A stretch of 63,564 bases of DNA, counting the filler, from Reclinomonas americana ATCC 50394 (lineage: Eukaryota), in NCBI GenBank assembly GCA_048213135.1. It is 9 parts of 9 records of this genome, joined end to end, with 100 filler letters (N's around TTAATTAATTAA, not from the genome) between each part and the next. Parts side by side here need not be neighbours in the genome. Positions count along the whole stretch, not along the records: positions 35,492 to 52,932 come from PS016116.1; positions 53,033 to 55,432 come from AFZH01016780.1; 7 more parts are not named here. One strand, written 5' to 3'. Shown here in pieces: positions 42,301 through 55,532 of the stretch. The position numbers were made by a program, and so were the translations under genes. Numbering within the stretch: position 1 is the first letter of the stretch; each line of letters starts with the position of its first letter. Below the pieces are notes generated by a model, which did not search any database, was not told the origin of the DNA, and worked only from the letters and a program-made list of their open reading frames with translations.

Positions 42301-45300
42301 GCTCCACAGACGGGTCCAGTTGGTGCGACACATCGACCAGCGTCTTGTGGTCGTTCGGTGAAAACTGCGATTGATCGAGGGCGCCGTTGTCAGTCTCCTG
42401 CGATTCTGGCAACATCACGCTTGGCAGAATGTACGCACCCTGCACACTCGATCCTCGCCGACCACCAACATGTGATGCTCGACAAAGATGCGCATGAGTG
42501 CACGGAGTCGGAACGGCAAACCGTGGCTCTGCTCCCACAGCTCGACCACCACTGGCTCTGCCACTTTCTCCGCCTTGGTGATGACTCGAATGTACTCGGC
42601 GCACTCGTCAAACGAGAATGCCGTAAGGTGCAGGGTCTATGTTGTTACCATCACGTGAGTCTCATCATCACATCGCCGTGATAAACAGATGAGCCGTGAC
42701 GCAACACGAAGATTCAACGACTCGGCCACGGGCACCGAGAGACCCAGGAAGCGGCGGGCCTCTGTCTCCACGTCCTTGGTCATGGCCGCGTCTTCCCATT
42801 GCGTGTAGTTGCACGTCAGTGCCATAAAGGGGAGACGGTCGGTGGTCACTGGGAACTCGCCGAGCGGCGTCTCGGAGTAGTTGAAGGTGAGGAAGCGCTT
42901 GAGTAGCGCGTGCGACTCGGCGTCCATGAGTGATGCATTCTCAAACACTAGCAGCGCAAATCCTTGGTCTGCAGTCAAGCAACGGTGAGCGCTCTCGCAA
43001 GATAAAGCCCTCTCAGAAGCAACGCAACTGCGGAAAAGGCGGCGAAGGAGTTCGTCAATGAGCAGCACGGCTACATCATGTCGATACGCCTCGATTTCCT
43101 TCTCCGACAAGTTGCGAATGGGAAGCACCGGACCAAAGTCCAGGCGCAGAACGGGATTCAACACCGGTGCCCAGGCGGCCAACTTGAATGTCTTGAGAAG
43201 CAGCAGCACCAGATTGCTCGGCACAAACGGCACGCTCGGCGTCAGGTCCTGACCACGTCTGTAGTATGTACACAAAAAAGCCGGTGAGTGTGTCGACATA
43301 ATGCCACCGATTGCACACTGAACAGACAGACCGCTTGGGACCAGAGGCCGCCACTGGTGCCTTTGGCTTGTAGTTCATGTTGTGAAGTCGCTCCAGTAGG
43401 GACATGAGAGGTCGCGACCACACTGCGTAGGGCGTAGTGTGGTCGAATGCACTGCTCTTGCACACCACCAGAGGCAGCCGCTATTCATCGGGGAGAATGA
43501 GTCTTTTCTGAGGGATTATAACACATTCCAGTGACTGTTGGAACTCACCGCGTCCTTTTCGCTCATCACCGCAACAAACTTGTGCATCAGCGTGTGGCAG
43601 CCGACGCCCTGAATGCCACTAATCGTACACACACGACCGACAATGGGAAGGCGCTCCATCGGCGGTGCCGAACTCTGGCGACGCGAATCGCGCGCCGAAC
43701 CACGACTGTTGGCAAACGAGTGTGAGTCAGCATCACTCCAACAACAGCTATACATACAACAAGAGGAAGACCACACACACACGAACCTGCTGGTCAGTGG
43801 TCGCGCGGATGCGGCCGACCGTCGTGCACTGACGACGTTGCTGCGACGTGCCGAGCTGGACTCGTTTCTCGTGGCGATAACTCTTCTCCGATCCTCGGCC
43901 AGCGTCTCCACGTTCTCCAGCGTGCGCATGAGAACTTCGAGCTCCGTAGCGCGACCAGCTGCGCAGATGGACACAAGTGAGCGGGGGCAATGTTGGTGCT
44001 TACGCGCTGAGCAGGCAAGAGACTGCATACCAAAGTGCTCGAGCTCGGTGGTTCCATTCTCTACTCTGAACTCAAAGTTCTTGTGACTGTTGAAGTCGTT
44101 CTCCGGGTCGTGCACCACTTGGTACACCTTGACTGGGTCGGCCTTGCCTGTTGTGAGGAAAGGAAGGAATTTAGGCATGAGAGCATTGCCGCCGCAAGTG
44201 AATCTACTATCGTCACGCACCTTTAAGGACAAGCGACATGGGATCGTTCACGAGCTTGAAATCACTTCCGGCAATGGTGTCGTCGGTGAGTGATGACTCG
44301 CAGCATGAGCTGAGGCACAACGCAGGCAACAAGACTTTGGATCCATCTGCTCACGGAAGGATTAGGCGGGGAGGGTCCTCATTCAGGAGATGCATGCGCA
44401 CACTTACCTTTTTGCACATTGTACTCGGGATTGTCCTTCATGTATCGCATTACACCCATGACACGAGCGGCCGTGTTGACCACATCGCCCAGCAGCGTGA
44501 ACTCGCTGCGGAACTGGTTTCCAGTTGGGCCAGTGTACGCGGTGCCGTTGCTGTGCAGGATAGACAATTGGGTGGCAATGATACGAATGGAAGAAGATAA
44601 AAGTTGAAGACGCACGCGACACCGGCAACCACATCCAACCCGAGTTCCGTCAGTGCCTGCGTGATGCGCGATGCGGCGTATACGGCTCGCTGGTTTTGCG
44701 CTGCGACGAACAACAGTGAGCAGAAATGCTTGCAACGCAGATGCCGATGCTGACAAGGGACGGCGCACCGACTTGGGAGCTGGCAGAGAGGCCAAACACA
44801 ATGAGCATGCCAGCGCACTTCTCGTCGGAGAAGAGGTTGGACGTGAACGCCTCCAGCAGAGTTGCTGCTTGCTGCGTCAGATACACGCCTTGATGCATCA
44901 TGCTGCGGTGTGGCACGTGAGTGAGTGACGACGGATGCGCGAGCGAAAATCACACGAGAATAGCGGCCAACATGCCTCTGCTTGCCAGTGGCCAGTTTGG
45001 ATGTCGCAATGGGATCGTTCGAGAAGGCCAGGAAGACGACCGAGACGTTGCGGAGAGTTGGTGTGAACTGACCACTGAAGGAACGCATCGAGTCCAGCTG
45101 CTTGTCGCCGAGCTGATTCAGCAACGTGAGAGCGCCCTCTGGATGCTCCATGTCGCTGCGATGAAGTTTTCGCTCTGCACGTGACATGTTGGGAATGAGA
45201 ATGAGCTTCCTTGGTTTCGACGGGAGTTGCTGACACTGACACGCACCCGAGGTTTCTTGAATAAAGCCGACACCAAAGAGCAACTGGTACACCATCCACG

Positions 45301-48300
45301 AACGATCGTGCTTGTGGTCCTCGTGCTTGACCGGACTGAGCCGCAGGAGACCGAGGACACGAGAAAGCAGACTGCAGAAAGAAGGAAATGCCTTTAGCAA
45401 TACACCGCATGCAGGATCACGAACGTAATCACAAACTCACCATTTTGGGTATAAACAGGGCTTGATGTAGTGCTCGAGCGACTCACTGAGTGTCACTTCT
45501 CCCTTGCCACACGCCGCCATTGCCTCCATAAGGCAGGCATATGCGTCGCCATAGAACAGATACTTCCACCGACTCTGCAGTCCACCGACAAATGTGGCTG
45601 TCACCTTGCCGTACGCGATACCTGCGTCATCCAGTGAGCAACATATGGAGATACCTTGCACTACGCATGGTGGTGGTATGGTTAGCGTACCAATGTGCAC
45701 CATGAGGTGCGCCGTGTCGGACTCGTAGCAACCGGCCTCACGCATCAGTCGAGCGGCGCACAGGCACGCTCGAACGGCCGCACAGTTCATGTGCTCAATC
45801 ATCGCCATCGACTCCTCCACCGTCTCAAAGGCCTCCAGCATGGCCTCGCCTTTGCGCTGCGCTCGCAGCGACTCCACAAACATCAATACTTGTTCTTGAC
45901 AGAAGCGCTTTGTTCGCTTCGTCTCCGCCCGCTGTAATTGTGGCTCACAGTCAGCTTCAGCAGCAGGCGGCGATCGTCGACAAAGTGGATCATATGTGCA
46001 CGCAACGTCGTTGACAAAAAACACCACCACAGCGTCGCCGACAAAGTTGAGAATGTCGCCACCGCACTCCAACACAATCATCAGCAGCAAGCAGAAGTAC
46101 TCGTTGATGACAGTCGACAGCTGCTCCACGCCCTCGGCGCCCAGGGCGCACAGCGTTTCGGTGAGAGCTGTAAATCCACTGATATCGACCAGCATCAGAG
46201 CGCCCTCCATCTCGCGTCGAATGTTGCTGCCAAAGGTCGTGCGGCCCAACTTGACCATCTCCGACACAATATCTTGAATGCACAGTGGAACGTTGATGCT
46301 GTGCGCCAAGCGAGTGCCGATTGTCGTCAGTCGGGAGCCGCACACACAACGTGCAGAGGAGTCGGCACACATGCACTCACCGAACATCGACCATGTCTTT
46401 CTCGGGTCCCTCACGCGGGGCACCGACCGGTGGTGAAAACATGGTCTCCAGGTGGGCGGTGAGCTTTGTGCGTGCACCCGGACGTCGCACACCGAGGTCG
46501 CTGGTCTCGGAGCCGAGCACCGAAGAAAAATCAATCTCTGTGCTGGAAGAGGCTGCTGACCGGCGGTCGTCGGCAGCCGATATCGGGGAGTAGACCTTGG
46601 CAAACTCGCCCTCCTTCTTTGTCGACGACGCTGCATCCTCTTCCTCGCCTTCGACGCGGAACGAGACATCGCGACGCTCGTCGTACTCCACTGGCGCCGA
46701 TGGCAGGCCGTTTCTGAGGAATGCAGTCAGCAAACAGTCGGGGAGCGAAAGTGTTCGTGCGCTAGCCAGCCTACCGACGGAGTGTGGCAATGTGATTCGA
46801 ATCAGAGCTGCCGCCCTTTTTCGATCTGTGCACGTCACGTGAGCCATACGGCAAGAGTGGATGGCACGAAGGCAGTGTCACGCAACTTGCGATACCAGTG
46901 CGGAGACATGCTGGGTGGTGGGGGCGCCTTGCGCACCGCCATCAGCAACTCCTTCTCACTCTCTGTCTCACCCGCAACGTCGCTATCAAAGCGGTCACCA
47001 CCAGGAAGGGGTATGGGTTCCACCGACATGGCGCCAGTCTGACTCGAGTCGTCGAAAATCGCCGTTGTCGGCAACACCATGGTGATCGACTGTGGACCGG
47101 CAGAGTGCATTGCTGGACTGCCTTCACTGGAAGCCTCTCCAATTGAGCCACTCGGCGATGGCGTGCTGCGCAAGCCACAAATAAAAGGATGAGATCCTCA
47201 CAACTCTGTGCGTAACACCGTAGTCTCATCACGCAACGCGCTGTCGCGACTCCCAATCTCAAGGTCGGGTCCATCGCTCTCGGGTGTATTGCGGCCCTTG
47301 CCATCGTGACTGTCGCGACTCCGGCCACTGACACTGCTTGATCGAGTGCCAAACTCCACCTCGTCGTCATCATCCTCCAGGCGCTCTGTGCGCAGCACGA
47401 TTTCGGGTGCATCCAACTCGTCGACCTCATCCGGCGGCAGCTTGAATGCAAGATCGTCCTCCTTGAACGTAAAGTTGCCAAAATGCAGCACATTGCCCGT
47501 CGTGCGAGCCTTTTCTGGCGGCGTGGCAGAGCCACCCAGTGCGAATCCCGACCAGCGAGCCATGTTTGCCATCGGGCCCACAGCAAGCATCGATCCACGA
47601 ATGTCGTCAATGGCGTCGGAGCCCAGCAGTCGAGCACGTGTACGCGCCTGGATCGCCGGGTCCAACAGGCCAATGCCAGACGGCAACTCCGACACCTTCG
47701 TGTCGAGCGCATACGGGCGTGGCTCTGGTGGATCCCACGATGCATTGATCGGCACCGTGCGCTGCAACAACCAGCCAAGTTCGGCCCACGCATCAATGTC
47801 CACGGTACGTCCCGGTGATATGCCACGCGTCAACACGAGCTGCTCTTCGGTGGGAGGGTTTGGCATCCTTCGCGTCATTGTCGGCCCCGCCGTGGATGGT
47901 CGGCATCCAGCGAGTGCTCTCGCCACGGCAGCGGCGCTCGGTGGTGCCACTGGTCTCGGCAGCAGCGGGTTGTCGTCCTCAGTCGGCTCAGCTGGCGGTG
48001 CGACTTCGTCGGCAGTGGCGGTCGTGCGCACACTCAGCTGCGGAGTCGTCGCCAGCGACATGGTTTGCAGGAGCTTACTGTGCTCCAGTGGTGGTGGCAT
48101 GAGGCCCCCGCGCGCCGATGTCATTCGTGACGGCATGGTGTCCACGAATGTCGTCGTCAGTGTGTCGTCGTCCCTGCGGTTGCGCGAACAACATAAGACC
48201 GAGTACAATCGGTGAGGAAGGGAACGACTGTGCACACGCAACAAGTCGTGCCACGGCATGTCGTCGATGCTCGTGGGTCGTGGACGCCCGCCACGACTCG

Positions 48301-49136
48301 TCGGCATCGGCGACGCACTGGCCGATCGCACGCCACGTCGACGTGGACTTGTGCTGCGACCGACTCGCATCTGCGACGGTGGCAACATCGCACTGCCACC
48401 ACCGCCACCACCACCACCGCTGGCAGATGGTGGTCGGAACACCAGCTCGGCACCAGGTGACGACTGACGGCTGGGCGGCATCGACATGAGCACGCCGCGC
48501 GATCGAGGCGAGTTTGGTGCCGATTGTGCACGCACAGCAGCGAAACCGCCGCCCACCGCCGGCGACGCAGTCGACGGTCGTGCAGCTGCAGGCACCGACC
48601 CAGTTGAGCCTCTCTGTTTCCCTCTCATGGCGACAGACACGCACACACTCACCTGGCAGTTTCGCATTCTCATCTGCGACCCACCCACCCAACGTGTTTG
48701 CGCGAGTGGGCGGCGTGATCGCTCTCTCCTCCTTCGACGCCGCCGCCTGCAAGTGCGCGAGGATGTCCGCAGGCGCCATGGTGCGTGGCCCATGCGCCGG
48801 ACCCACCATACTGCGTGCCAAGCAGGCGAATCGTGACGCCAAAAAGGGCGCAGGCGCTGGTGGCGGAGGTGGTCGACTCGCCGACGCCGACCTGGCGCGC
48901 TTCCGCATCGCCGCCGACTCTGCCGCCTGCTTCCTCGCCGCCTCATCCTCCTCCTCCTGCTCACGCTGGCGACGCACCTGATGCTCCTGCACCTCACGCT
49001 CCTTGCGCAACGCCGGCAACACCACCGAGTTCACTTGCAACAGTGCTGGCACTCCGCGCTTGGTCGACTGCAGTCCCCCGCACAGCACCGACGACACCAC
49101 AGAGCCACTCGTCCCACCAGGCGGAGCTTCCGCCAT
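39361..49136 (-). CDS. Soluble adenylyl cyclase-like protein (ADCY10 type): long disordered N-terminus, two class III cyclase domains, degenerate STAND NTPase, helical C-terminus
   Basis: C1: LMLVDISGFTALTE...GVEQLSTVINEYF...GGDILNFVGDAV, VHIGIAYG. C2: LRNVSVVF, RSEFTLLGDVVNTAARVM. Then GRATELEVL, ISGIQGVGCHT, TPYAVW, LLVFENASLMDAES and LSASDQQVLRVACVIG. Confidence 0.9.
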
Positions 49137-49254
49137 CGTCTCGTCCGCTCACCTCTTTTTTTCTTCTCTTCTCTAACCGTACAACACAACGGTCGACGAA
49201 TGATTGAAAAACTCGTCCGGTTTTGTGCAGCAAAATACAGGACAAAAAGTGATC

Positions 49255-50695
49255 ATGCGCTTGCGCGATGAGCTCGAGGCGTGTGTGTACACGCGATTGT
49301 TGGAGCTGATGGGCTCACACAGCATGTGCGTGCGCGTTGTACATCTCTCTCTTTCTATGTGTGTGTGAGCTCTCACTCGCGTGCGCATGCAGTGCGGAAT
49401 TGGGTTTGGTGGTCGCCGAGGAGCCGCACGAGAGCGACGAGGGAGAGGTGGTGGCGCGCAAAGCACTCTCTGTGCAGGATGATGGGCACGCACTGGCGAT
49501 TGCCTACTGGGCGGTGCCGGCAATTTGCAGGCAGGCGCTGAGCAGGTTCCGCGCGCAGCGGGAGGCTGGAGAGGATGCTGATGGTGAGAGAGAGGGAAAG
49601 AGAGAGAGAGGGGTGTGAAGGCACATTGCTGATGACATCTGTGCATGCAGTGCGTGAGCTCATTCAGTCGTCGTCGGTGGTGCTGCTGGTGAATCCCGAC
49701 AGTCACACTGCGTGGAATGCTCGGTGAGAGAGAGAGACGCATATGCAGGCCCACTGCGCTCCTGCTGATTGATGCGCGATGAGACAGCAAGACTCTGATT
49801 GTGAGCGGTCGGTGGTCGGCGGAGCAGGAGGTGTCGTTCATGAATCTGGTGCTGTCGAAGCACCCCAAGAGCTCGGAGACCTGGGCGCATCGCAAGTGGG
49901 TGGTGGAGCGCATGCTTACTTCGCGAGCGGAGGGCGTCGATGTGGAGCAGCTGGTGCACAGTGAGTTGCTGGCGTGTGACACGGCGGCGGAGCGCTACCG
50001 AAAGAACTACTATGTGTGGTTGTATCGCGGGATTCTCATGGAGCAGCTGGTGCCACCCGACATGGTGAGCGCACTGACGCACACACGCGCATGCGCACGT
50101 GTTGACCTGTGCTGTTTTTCGCATGCAGCGTGGAGACGAGGCTGGTCGACTGCGCGCATGGTGCTCTCGACACATTGGGGATCACTGTGCGTTCTTCCGC
50201 CTGCAAAAGACGCTGGAGGCGGCCGAGAAGGATGGAGACGCGGCGGTGGACTGGGCGGCCGAGTACGAGTTCGCCACCGACCTCGTACACCGCAATCCCG
50301 GTCACGAGAGTCTCTGGTGCCACTTGCGGTACCTCGCACACCGTGAGTGCCAGCGATCGGCGCCACGCGCAGTGCCGCTGGAGCGATACGTGGCGTTTGC
50401 CGTGGAGGAGAAGGAGCGAGAGGATGGCGACAGTGTGTTTTGCGGACAGCAGCGACCACTGGCAGTGCGCTTCCTGATGTGGCTGTCGTTCCAGGTGCGT
50501 CACGGAGAGAGAAAGAGAATAAGTCGGTGTGCATCATCCTCATGAATGGCGCGCCAGGTCACCCGGTCATCAACATGTTCGACCGAGGAGCGCGCACTGA
50601 CGAGCGAGAGCGGCGCTCGAGCAACGGCGGAGCTGGTCGACTGCGACGCAGTGCGCGCCAACTTTGTGCGCGCGTTTTGCCAGGTCGGAGAGTAA
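49255..50695 (+). CDS. PTAR1: Protein prenyltransferase alpha subunit repeat protein (PTAR1-like)
   Basis: PPTA repeats LLVNPDSHTAWNAR, LSKHPKSSETWAHRKW, AERYRKNYYVWLYR, RHIGDHCAFF and RNPGHESLWCHLR. Confidence 0.88.
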
Positions 50696-51138
50696 AGTGA
50701 ATCACCACCACCACCACCATGTTGGAGCCGAGGAATGGCCGTCGTACACTTGTTGCACACGAGACCACAAAAAGCGAGGGGCCCGGGAAAGAGGGGCGCA
50801 GCAGCGGTCGCCGCACAGGAGGGAGGGAGGGAGGGGAGGAGAAAAAGTCGTACAGACGTATCATACAAGCAGTCGCATGCACACAGTCCTACAGCGCACA
50901 CACACTCTCCAGAGAGACCAGATCCCCCACACGTTTGTCACTGTGTTGAACCAGAGACGAACGCATGGAGCACAAAGAGGAAACAAAGATCAAGAGGGCG
51001 TTTGGGGGGAAAACGAAAAGAAAGAGGAGTGGGGGGGAAGTACACAGCACCAACAGAGCGCACAAAAATGGGTTCTCACACACACACAAAACGATACACA
51101 CGCACAAGCGAGAGAGAGAGAGAGACGGAGAGGCACGA

Positions 51139-52922
51139 TTAGTCGTCGCCCTTGACCAAGCCAATGACCTTGACGTGTCGGATCGAGACGATCGAACCGC
51201 CGCGCACGTTGTTGGGGAAGCGCAGGCGCACGTACTTGCAGATCTGCTCGCCCGGCAGCGCGAATCGTTGCATCAGGTCACGCGTGCACTGGAACACCGA
51301 GAGCAGCGTCCAGTCGCCCAAGTGGCTTGATGTGTAGACCTCCACAGCCATGGGTGCGGGTTCGCCCGAGTGAATTTCGACTTGGGCCACAAAGCACTGA
51401 CCGCCGTCGGCCAGCGTGAGGTCGATTTCGGGTGATACCGTGCGGTACACCTGCTCGTCGTCGACCAGCACATTGTCGACAATGTTGTGCGGCTCGTGCA
51501 CCTGATCCCACTTGGAGTAGGCGTAGGGGTGCTGAATGGCGACGCGCAGTGGCTCCGACTGGTGCACCTGGGAGGCGACGCGGGCCAGATTGCGGCGCAG
51601 CGACTGCACCATGGGGTCCCACTCGTCGTACTTGACGTCGAGCTCCCTCTTCAGGTTCTCCTGGTCGCGCTGGCGCGCCTTCTCCGTCTCCTCCGCCTGC
51701 TGCAGGCGCAGGTTGAGGTCCGACACCTCGCCCTGCAGGGCCCCCACACGACCCTCGGCCGCGCGCAGTCGGGGCAGTGCGGAGCCATTGTCGCCGAGCA
51801 AGTCGGCCGGGATGGACAGCTCGTACGTCTCCAGCGACTCGAGGTACGCCAGCGACGCAGGCAAGCGGCGATCCGAGAACAACCGTGACAACTCGGCACT
51901 CTCGTCGCTGCGCGAGGGCGGAGAGAGAGAGAGTGGGGGGAAGGAGGATTAGTAACAGACGTGCACAAGACACAAATGAGTGTGGCAGTGCTGCGGCGAC
52001 TCACCGGAACTTGATGACCATGCTTTGCAGCGTGCGAAGCTTGTTCTCCAGAATGAGACGAGCCGAGCGAATCTTGCGGAACCAGCGCATGACCAGGAAG
52101 CGGCGCAGCACCGACTGGCCGCGCACCACCGAGTACTTGAAGCGCAGGTACGAGCGACGGCACTGGCGAGCCACCACATTGGCTTGGCACTTGAGCAGGC
52201 ACTTGCGAATGTGCTCGTACTGGTTGCGATCGCAGTGGCCGCGGAAGGTGGACTGAATGGCCGTGGCGGCAGAGTCGCGACGAATGCCGCGGTTCCGGCG
52301 GTACGAGGTGAAAGCGAGGAAGCCACGAATGGTCGCCTGCAGCTTGATGACCTTGTTGCGCACGTCGTTGTAGGCCTTGCGCGCCACAACTGCACAGCAC
52401 AGGAGTGAGCGAAATGGACAAAGGGGGAAAGGGGAAAGGACATGAAGAAGAGAGATGGTACGCAACATCCACGCCAGATGCGCTGCACCTCAACGGCAAA
52501 CTCCTGTTGCGCCGTGAGCAGCACCTGGTTGGCGGTCCATCGCTCGTCCGGATCGACACGCAAGCAGTTCTCGATAATGGAGCCAATCGCGTGGTATCTG
52601 GCACAGACGAAGATGAAGGAGGTGAGCGGAGCTGTCAAGCGATTCAGCTTTAAAAAGAAACTCACCCCTCCAGGCGAGACCAGTCGACCGAGGCCGTCAG
52701 CACATCGTCGCGGAAGGCCTCCTCGTTGGAGACGTCGAACGGCAGCTCACCAGTCACCAGCTGGTACAGCGTGACACCGAGGGCCCAGATATCCACCGGC
52801 AGGCCGTACGACTCCAGGCGCAGCAGCTCGGGCGCCCAGTACACCAGCGTGTGCGGGATGGCGGTGCCAATCAGAATCTTCGAGAAGAGCTTGTGCGTGC
52901 GGCGCGCCACATCGACCTCCAG
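51139..52922 (-). CDS. 3' half of pseudokinase gene: kinase C-lobe, IQ motifs, coiled coil, galactose-binding-like beta-sandwich
   Basis: YWAPE...VDIWALGVTLYQLVTGELPF, CLRVDPDERWTA. IQ motifs VQRIWRGFVARK, LQATIRGFLAF, IQSTFRGHCDR and CQANVVARQCRR. C-terminal KYVRLRF...VSIRHVKVIG. Confidence 0.85.
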
Positions 52923-53032
52923 CTGCACGGGGNNNNNNNNNNNNNNNNNNNNNNNNNNNNNNNNNNNNNNNNNNNNTTAATTAATTAANNNNNNNNNNNN
53001 NNNNNNNNNNNNNNNNNNNNNNNNNNNNNNNN

Positions 53033-53700
53033 TTTGTGCACCGTCAGCACGGCCTCGTTCGGCACCACAGAGGTCACTGTCTCGCGATCCTCGTCCACGC
53101 CACGCCACAACTGCAGCGAAGGAGTGAGGATTCGGCGTGCAGAGGCAAGAGGAGATGTCCATGGCTCACGCACGCGCGCGCTTGCCCCAACGCAGGCGCG
53201 TGCGTGGAGGAAGAGTGTGGGGAGAGAGGAGAGGAGCAATGGTGGTGGAGGAGGGAAAGAGAGAGCGTGCATGTGTGACAAGCGCGATTTTGAGTCACAT
53301 CAATCAACGCACACAAGCACATGTGCACGGTGAGAGGAGAGTGTACAACGATGCGTGTACGCGTGTGTATGTATGCGTGTATGTGTGTGTGTGAGAGAGA
53401 GAGGCAGCGAAACAGCGCGTCTGAAGTATCGCAACAAAACGTCGCGACTGAGTCACACACACGCACGCACGCCACTGACCTTGTAGAACAGTGCTGTCTT
53501 GCCACCACCTGCATGCACCGCGATGAGCCACACACTCCAACAACACGAGACAACTCTCTCTGTCTCACACTCTCACCTGGAAGTCCCATGAGCAACACCG
53601 CATCGCCTCGCTTTCCACGCACCAGGCGTCGCACAAAGAGCAGTGCGCCAATGAGCACTGCAAGCAGCGTCGCAAGGGCGGCAATCACCCACAGCTCCAT
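53033..53700 (-). CDS. SRPRB: Signal recognition particle receptor beta subunit (partial, 3' end in gap)
   Basis: N-terminal transmembrane anchor LWVIAALATLLAVLIGALLFV, P-loop VLLMGLPGGGKTALFYKL, then ETVTSVVPN. Confidence 0.88.
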
Positions 53701-53917
53701 CGAGACGCAGGACAAACGAGAGTGAGAGAGAGGCGCTGCTTCCCGCCACTCGATGCTCGCGCGTCTCAGCCAAGCAAAACTTGAGAAGAAGGGCGAGCGC
53801 TTGTCGTTCCCTCTCACTCGTGCACCCTTTTCGCTTCTCTCTCTGTCTGTGTTGTGGTAGTTCGTGTGTGCGTGTGAGCTCTGTGTGTCTGCTGCACCCG
53901 TTCTGAGTGTTGTTCCG

Positions 53918-55375
53918 ATGTCCATCAAGGTACGAAGTACGGACACACTTGCAACTGTGTGTGTCTCTCTCACATACACACCACTCACTTGCGCTTCTTC
54001 TTTGCGCGCTTTTTCAGCTTGAGGACGTGACGCGTCTGGCGGTGCGTGTCTCTATGCGCGCGCGTGTGTGCGCGCGTGTGTCATGCCATCTCACCTTGCT
54101 GCTCGTCGTTGGTTGTTTCTCTTGTGCGTGTGTGTGCAGCTTGTGGCGCAAGGTGGTGGACCGGGAAGTCCGCGATCACCGGGCTCGCGTGGCAGCGGCC
54201 GTCGCAAGCAGCATGTGGAGCTTGGTGCGTCGTAAGTCGAAAGTCAACACAAGATATCGTTCTTCGGTTGTTGTTGTTGTTGCTGCTGCTGTGCTGTGAG
54301 TGCACTATAGCGTTCACTCGTGTGCGTGAGAGAGAGCGTGTGTGTGACAGTGTGTAATGAGTGTGCAATGAGACGGTCGATATGTTGTGGGTTGGTGGTT
54401 GTCGGTTCGCCATGGCACGCACGCGCGCACACATAGTGAGAGTGCTTGGTACATAGCTGTGTGTTTCCTTTCACATGTGCGCGCGCGTGTGTGTGTTTGT
54501 GTGTGTGAGTGCGAGAAAGAGAGGCGACCATATGCTGCGTGGAATATTCACTCGCTCATGTTTGTGTTTTGTTTTTGCAACAGCGCGTCGCCTGCGTGCG
54601 GCGTCGGGTACGGCGGCCGCTCGCGATGCTGCCAATGAGCTGTGCGCGATCTCGTCGGTGAGTTGTTTTTGTTGTGTGTGCCATTTCTCCGACATGTCGC
54701 GCGCGCGCTCTCTCTTGCTCACACACACGCGCGCGTCGAATAGGTGGAGGAGCTCGACATTGATTATGACAGCGCGCTGGGCATGAAGCGTGGCGATTTG
54801 GCCATTATCCAGGGCGAGACGTTCCGATGTGCGCCCAAGGCGCCTCACTTGGCCGACTGCGCACTGGTTTGTGTGTGTCACACAGTCTTTCTGGTGGTTT
54901 GGTTCCGTTTTTGCTCATGCGCGTTGCGAGTAGATCCTGAAGCGTCTGGACTGCGTCGATCGTCGCACGTTTGATCAAAAGTGGTACGAGATCGACACGT
55001 TTTCGCGCTTCCGCGGTCACCCCAACATTGTGTCGCTGTACTCGTACTGGAAGGAGAAGCCGCAAAGCCAGTACATTTACAAGACCATTGGTGCGTGCGT
55101 GCGAGTGTGTCTGTTGAGAGGATCGATCGCTGTTTCCCTCACATCGCCAACGACGGACAGTGATGTTGCTGGAGGAGGGCGTGCTCGGTGACATGCTCAC
55201 CAGTGTTGTGCGCAACCAATCGCGCCCGTCGGAGCGTCTGGCGCTCAAGTGGTGCGCCGACATTGCCAAGGGTCTGGTGGCCATCCACAACTGCCAGATT
55301 ATCCACACGCGCATCAAGCCGTCGGCCATTTACCTCGACATGAAGCGCAACGCCATGGTCGGCGAGTTTGGCAAG
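53918..55375 (+). CDS. 5' half of pseudokinase gene (N-lobe to activation-segment start)
   Basis: MSIK...LILKRL...YEIDTF...GHPNIVSLY...MLLEE...DIAKGLVAIHNCQIIHTRIKPSAIYL...VGEFGK, ending at a GT donor just before a gap. Confidence 0.85.
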
Positions 55376-55532
55376 GTGTGTTCCTCTGTTCTCCCCCTAT
55401 TCGCATCTCGGTGTGTGCTCAATTCCTTTCCTNNNNNNNNNNNNNNNNNNNNNNNNNNNNNNNNNNNNNNNNNNNNTTAATTAATTAANNNNNNNNNNNN
55501 NNNNNNNNNNNNNNNNNNNNNNNNNNNNNNNN

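Noticed and set aside
43471..43473. Apparent in-frame TAG in the cyclase (stop-codon reassignment or readthrough)
   Set aside because: The TAG is the acceptor of an ordinary intron of about 78 nt, giving KDA|RLPLVVCK. TAA, TAG and TGA all terminate genes normally elsewhere in the window.
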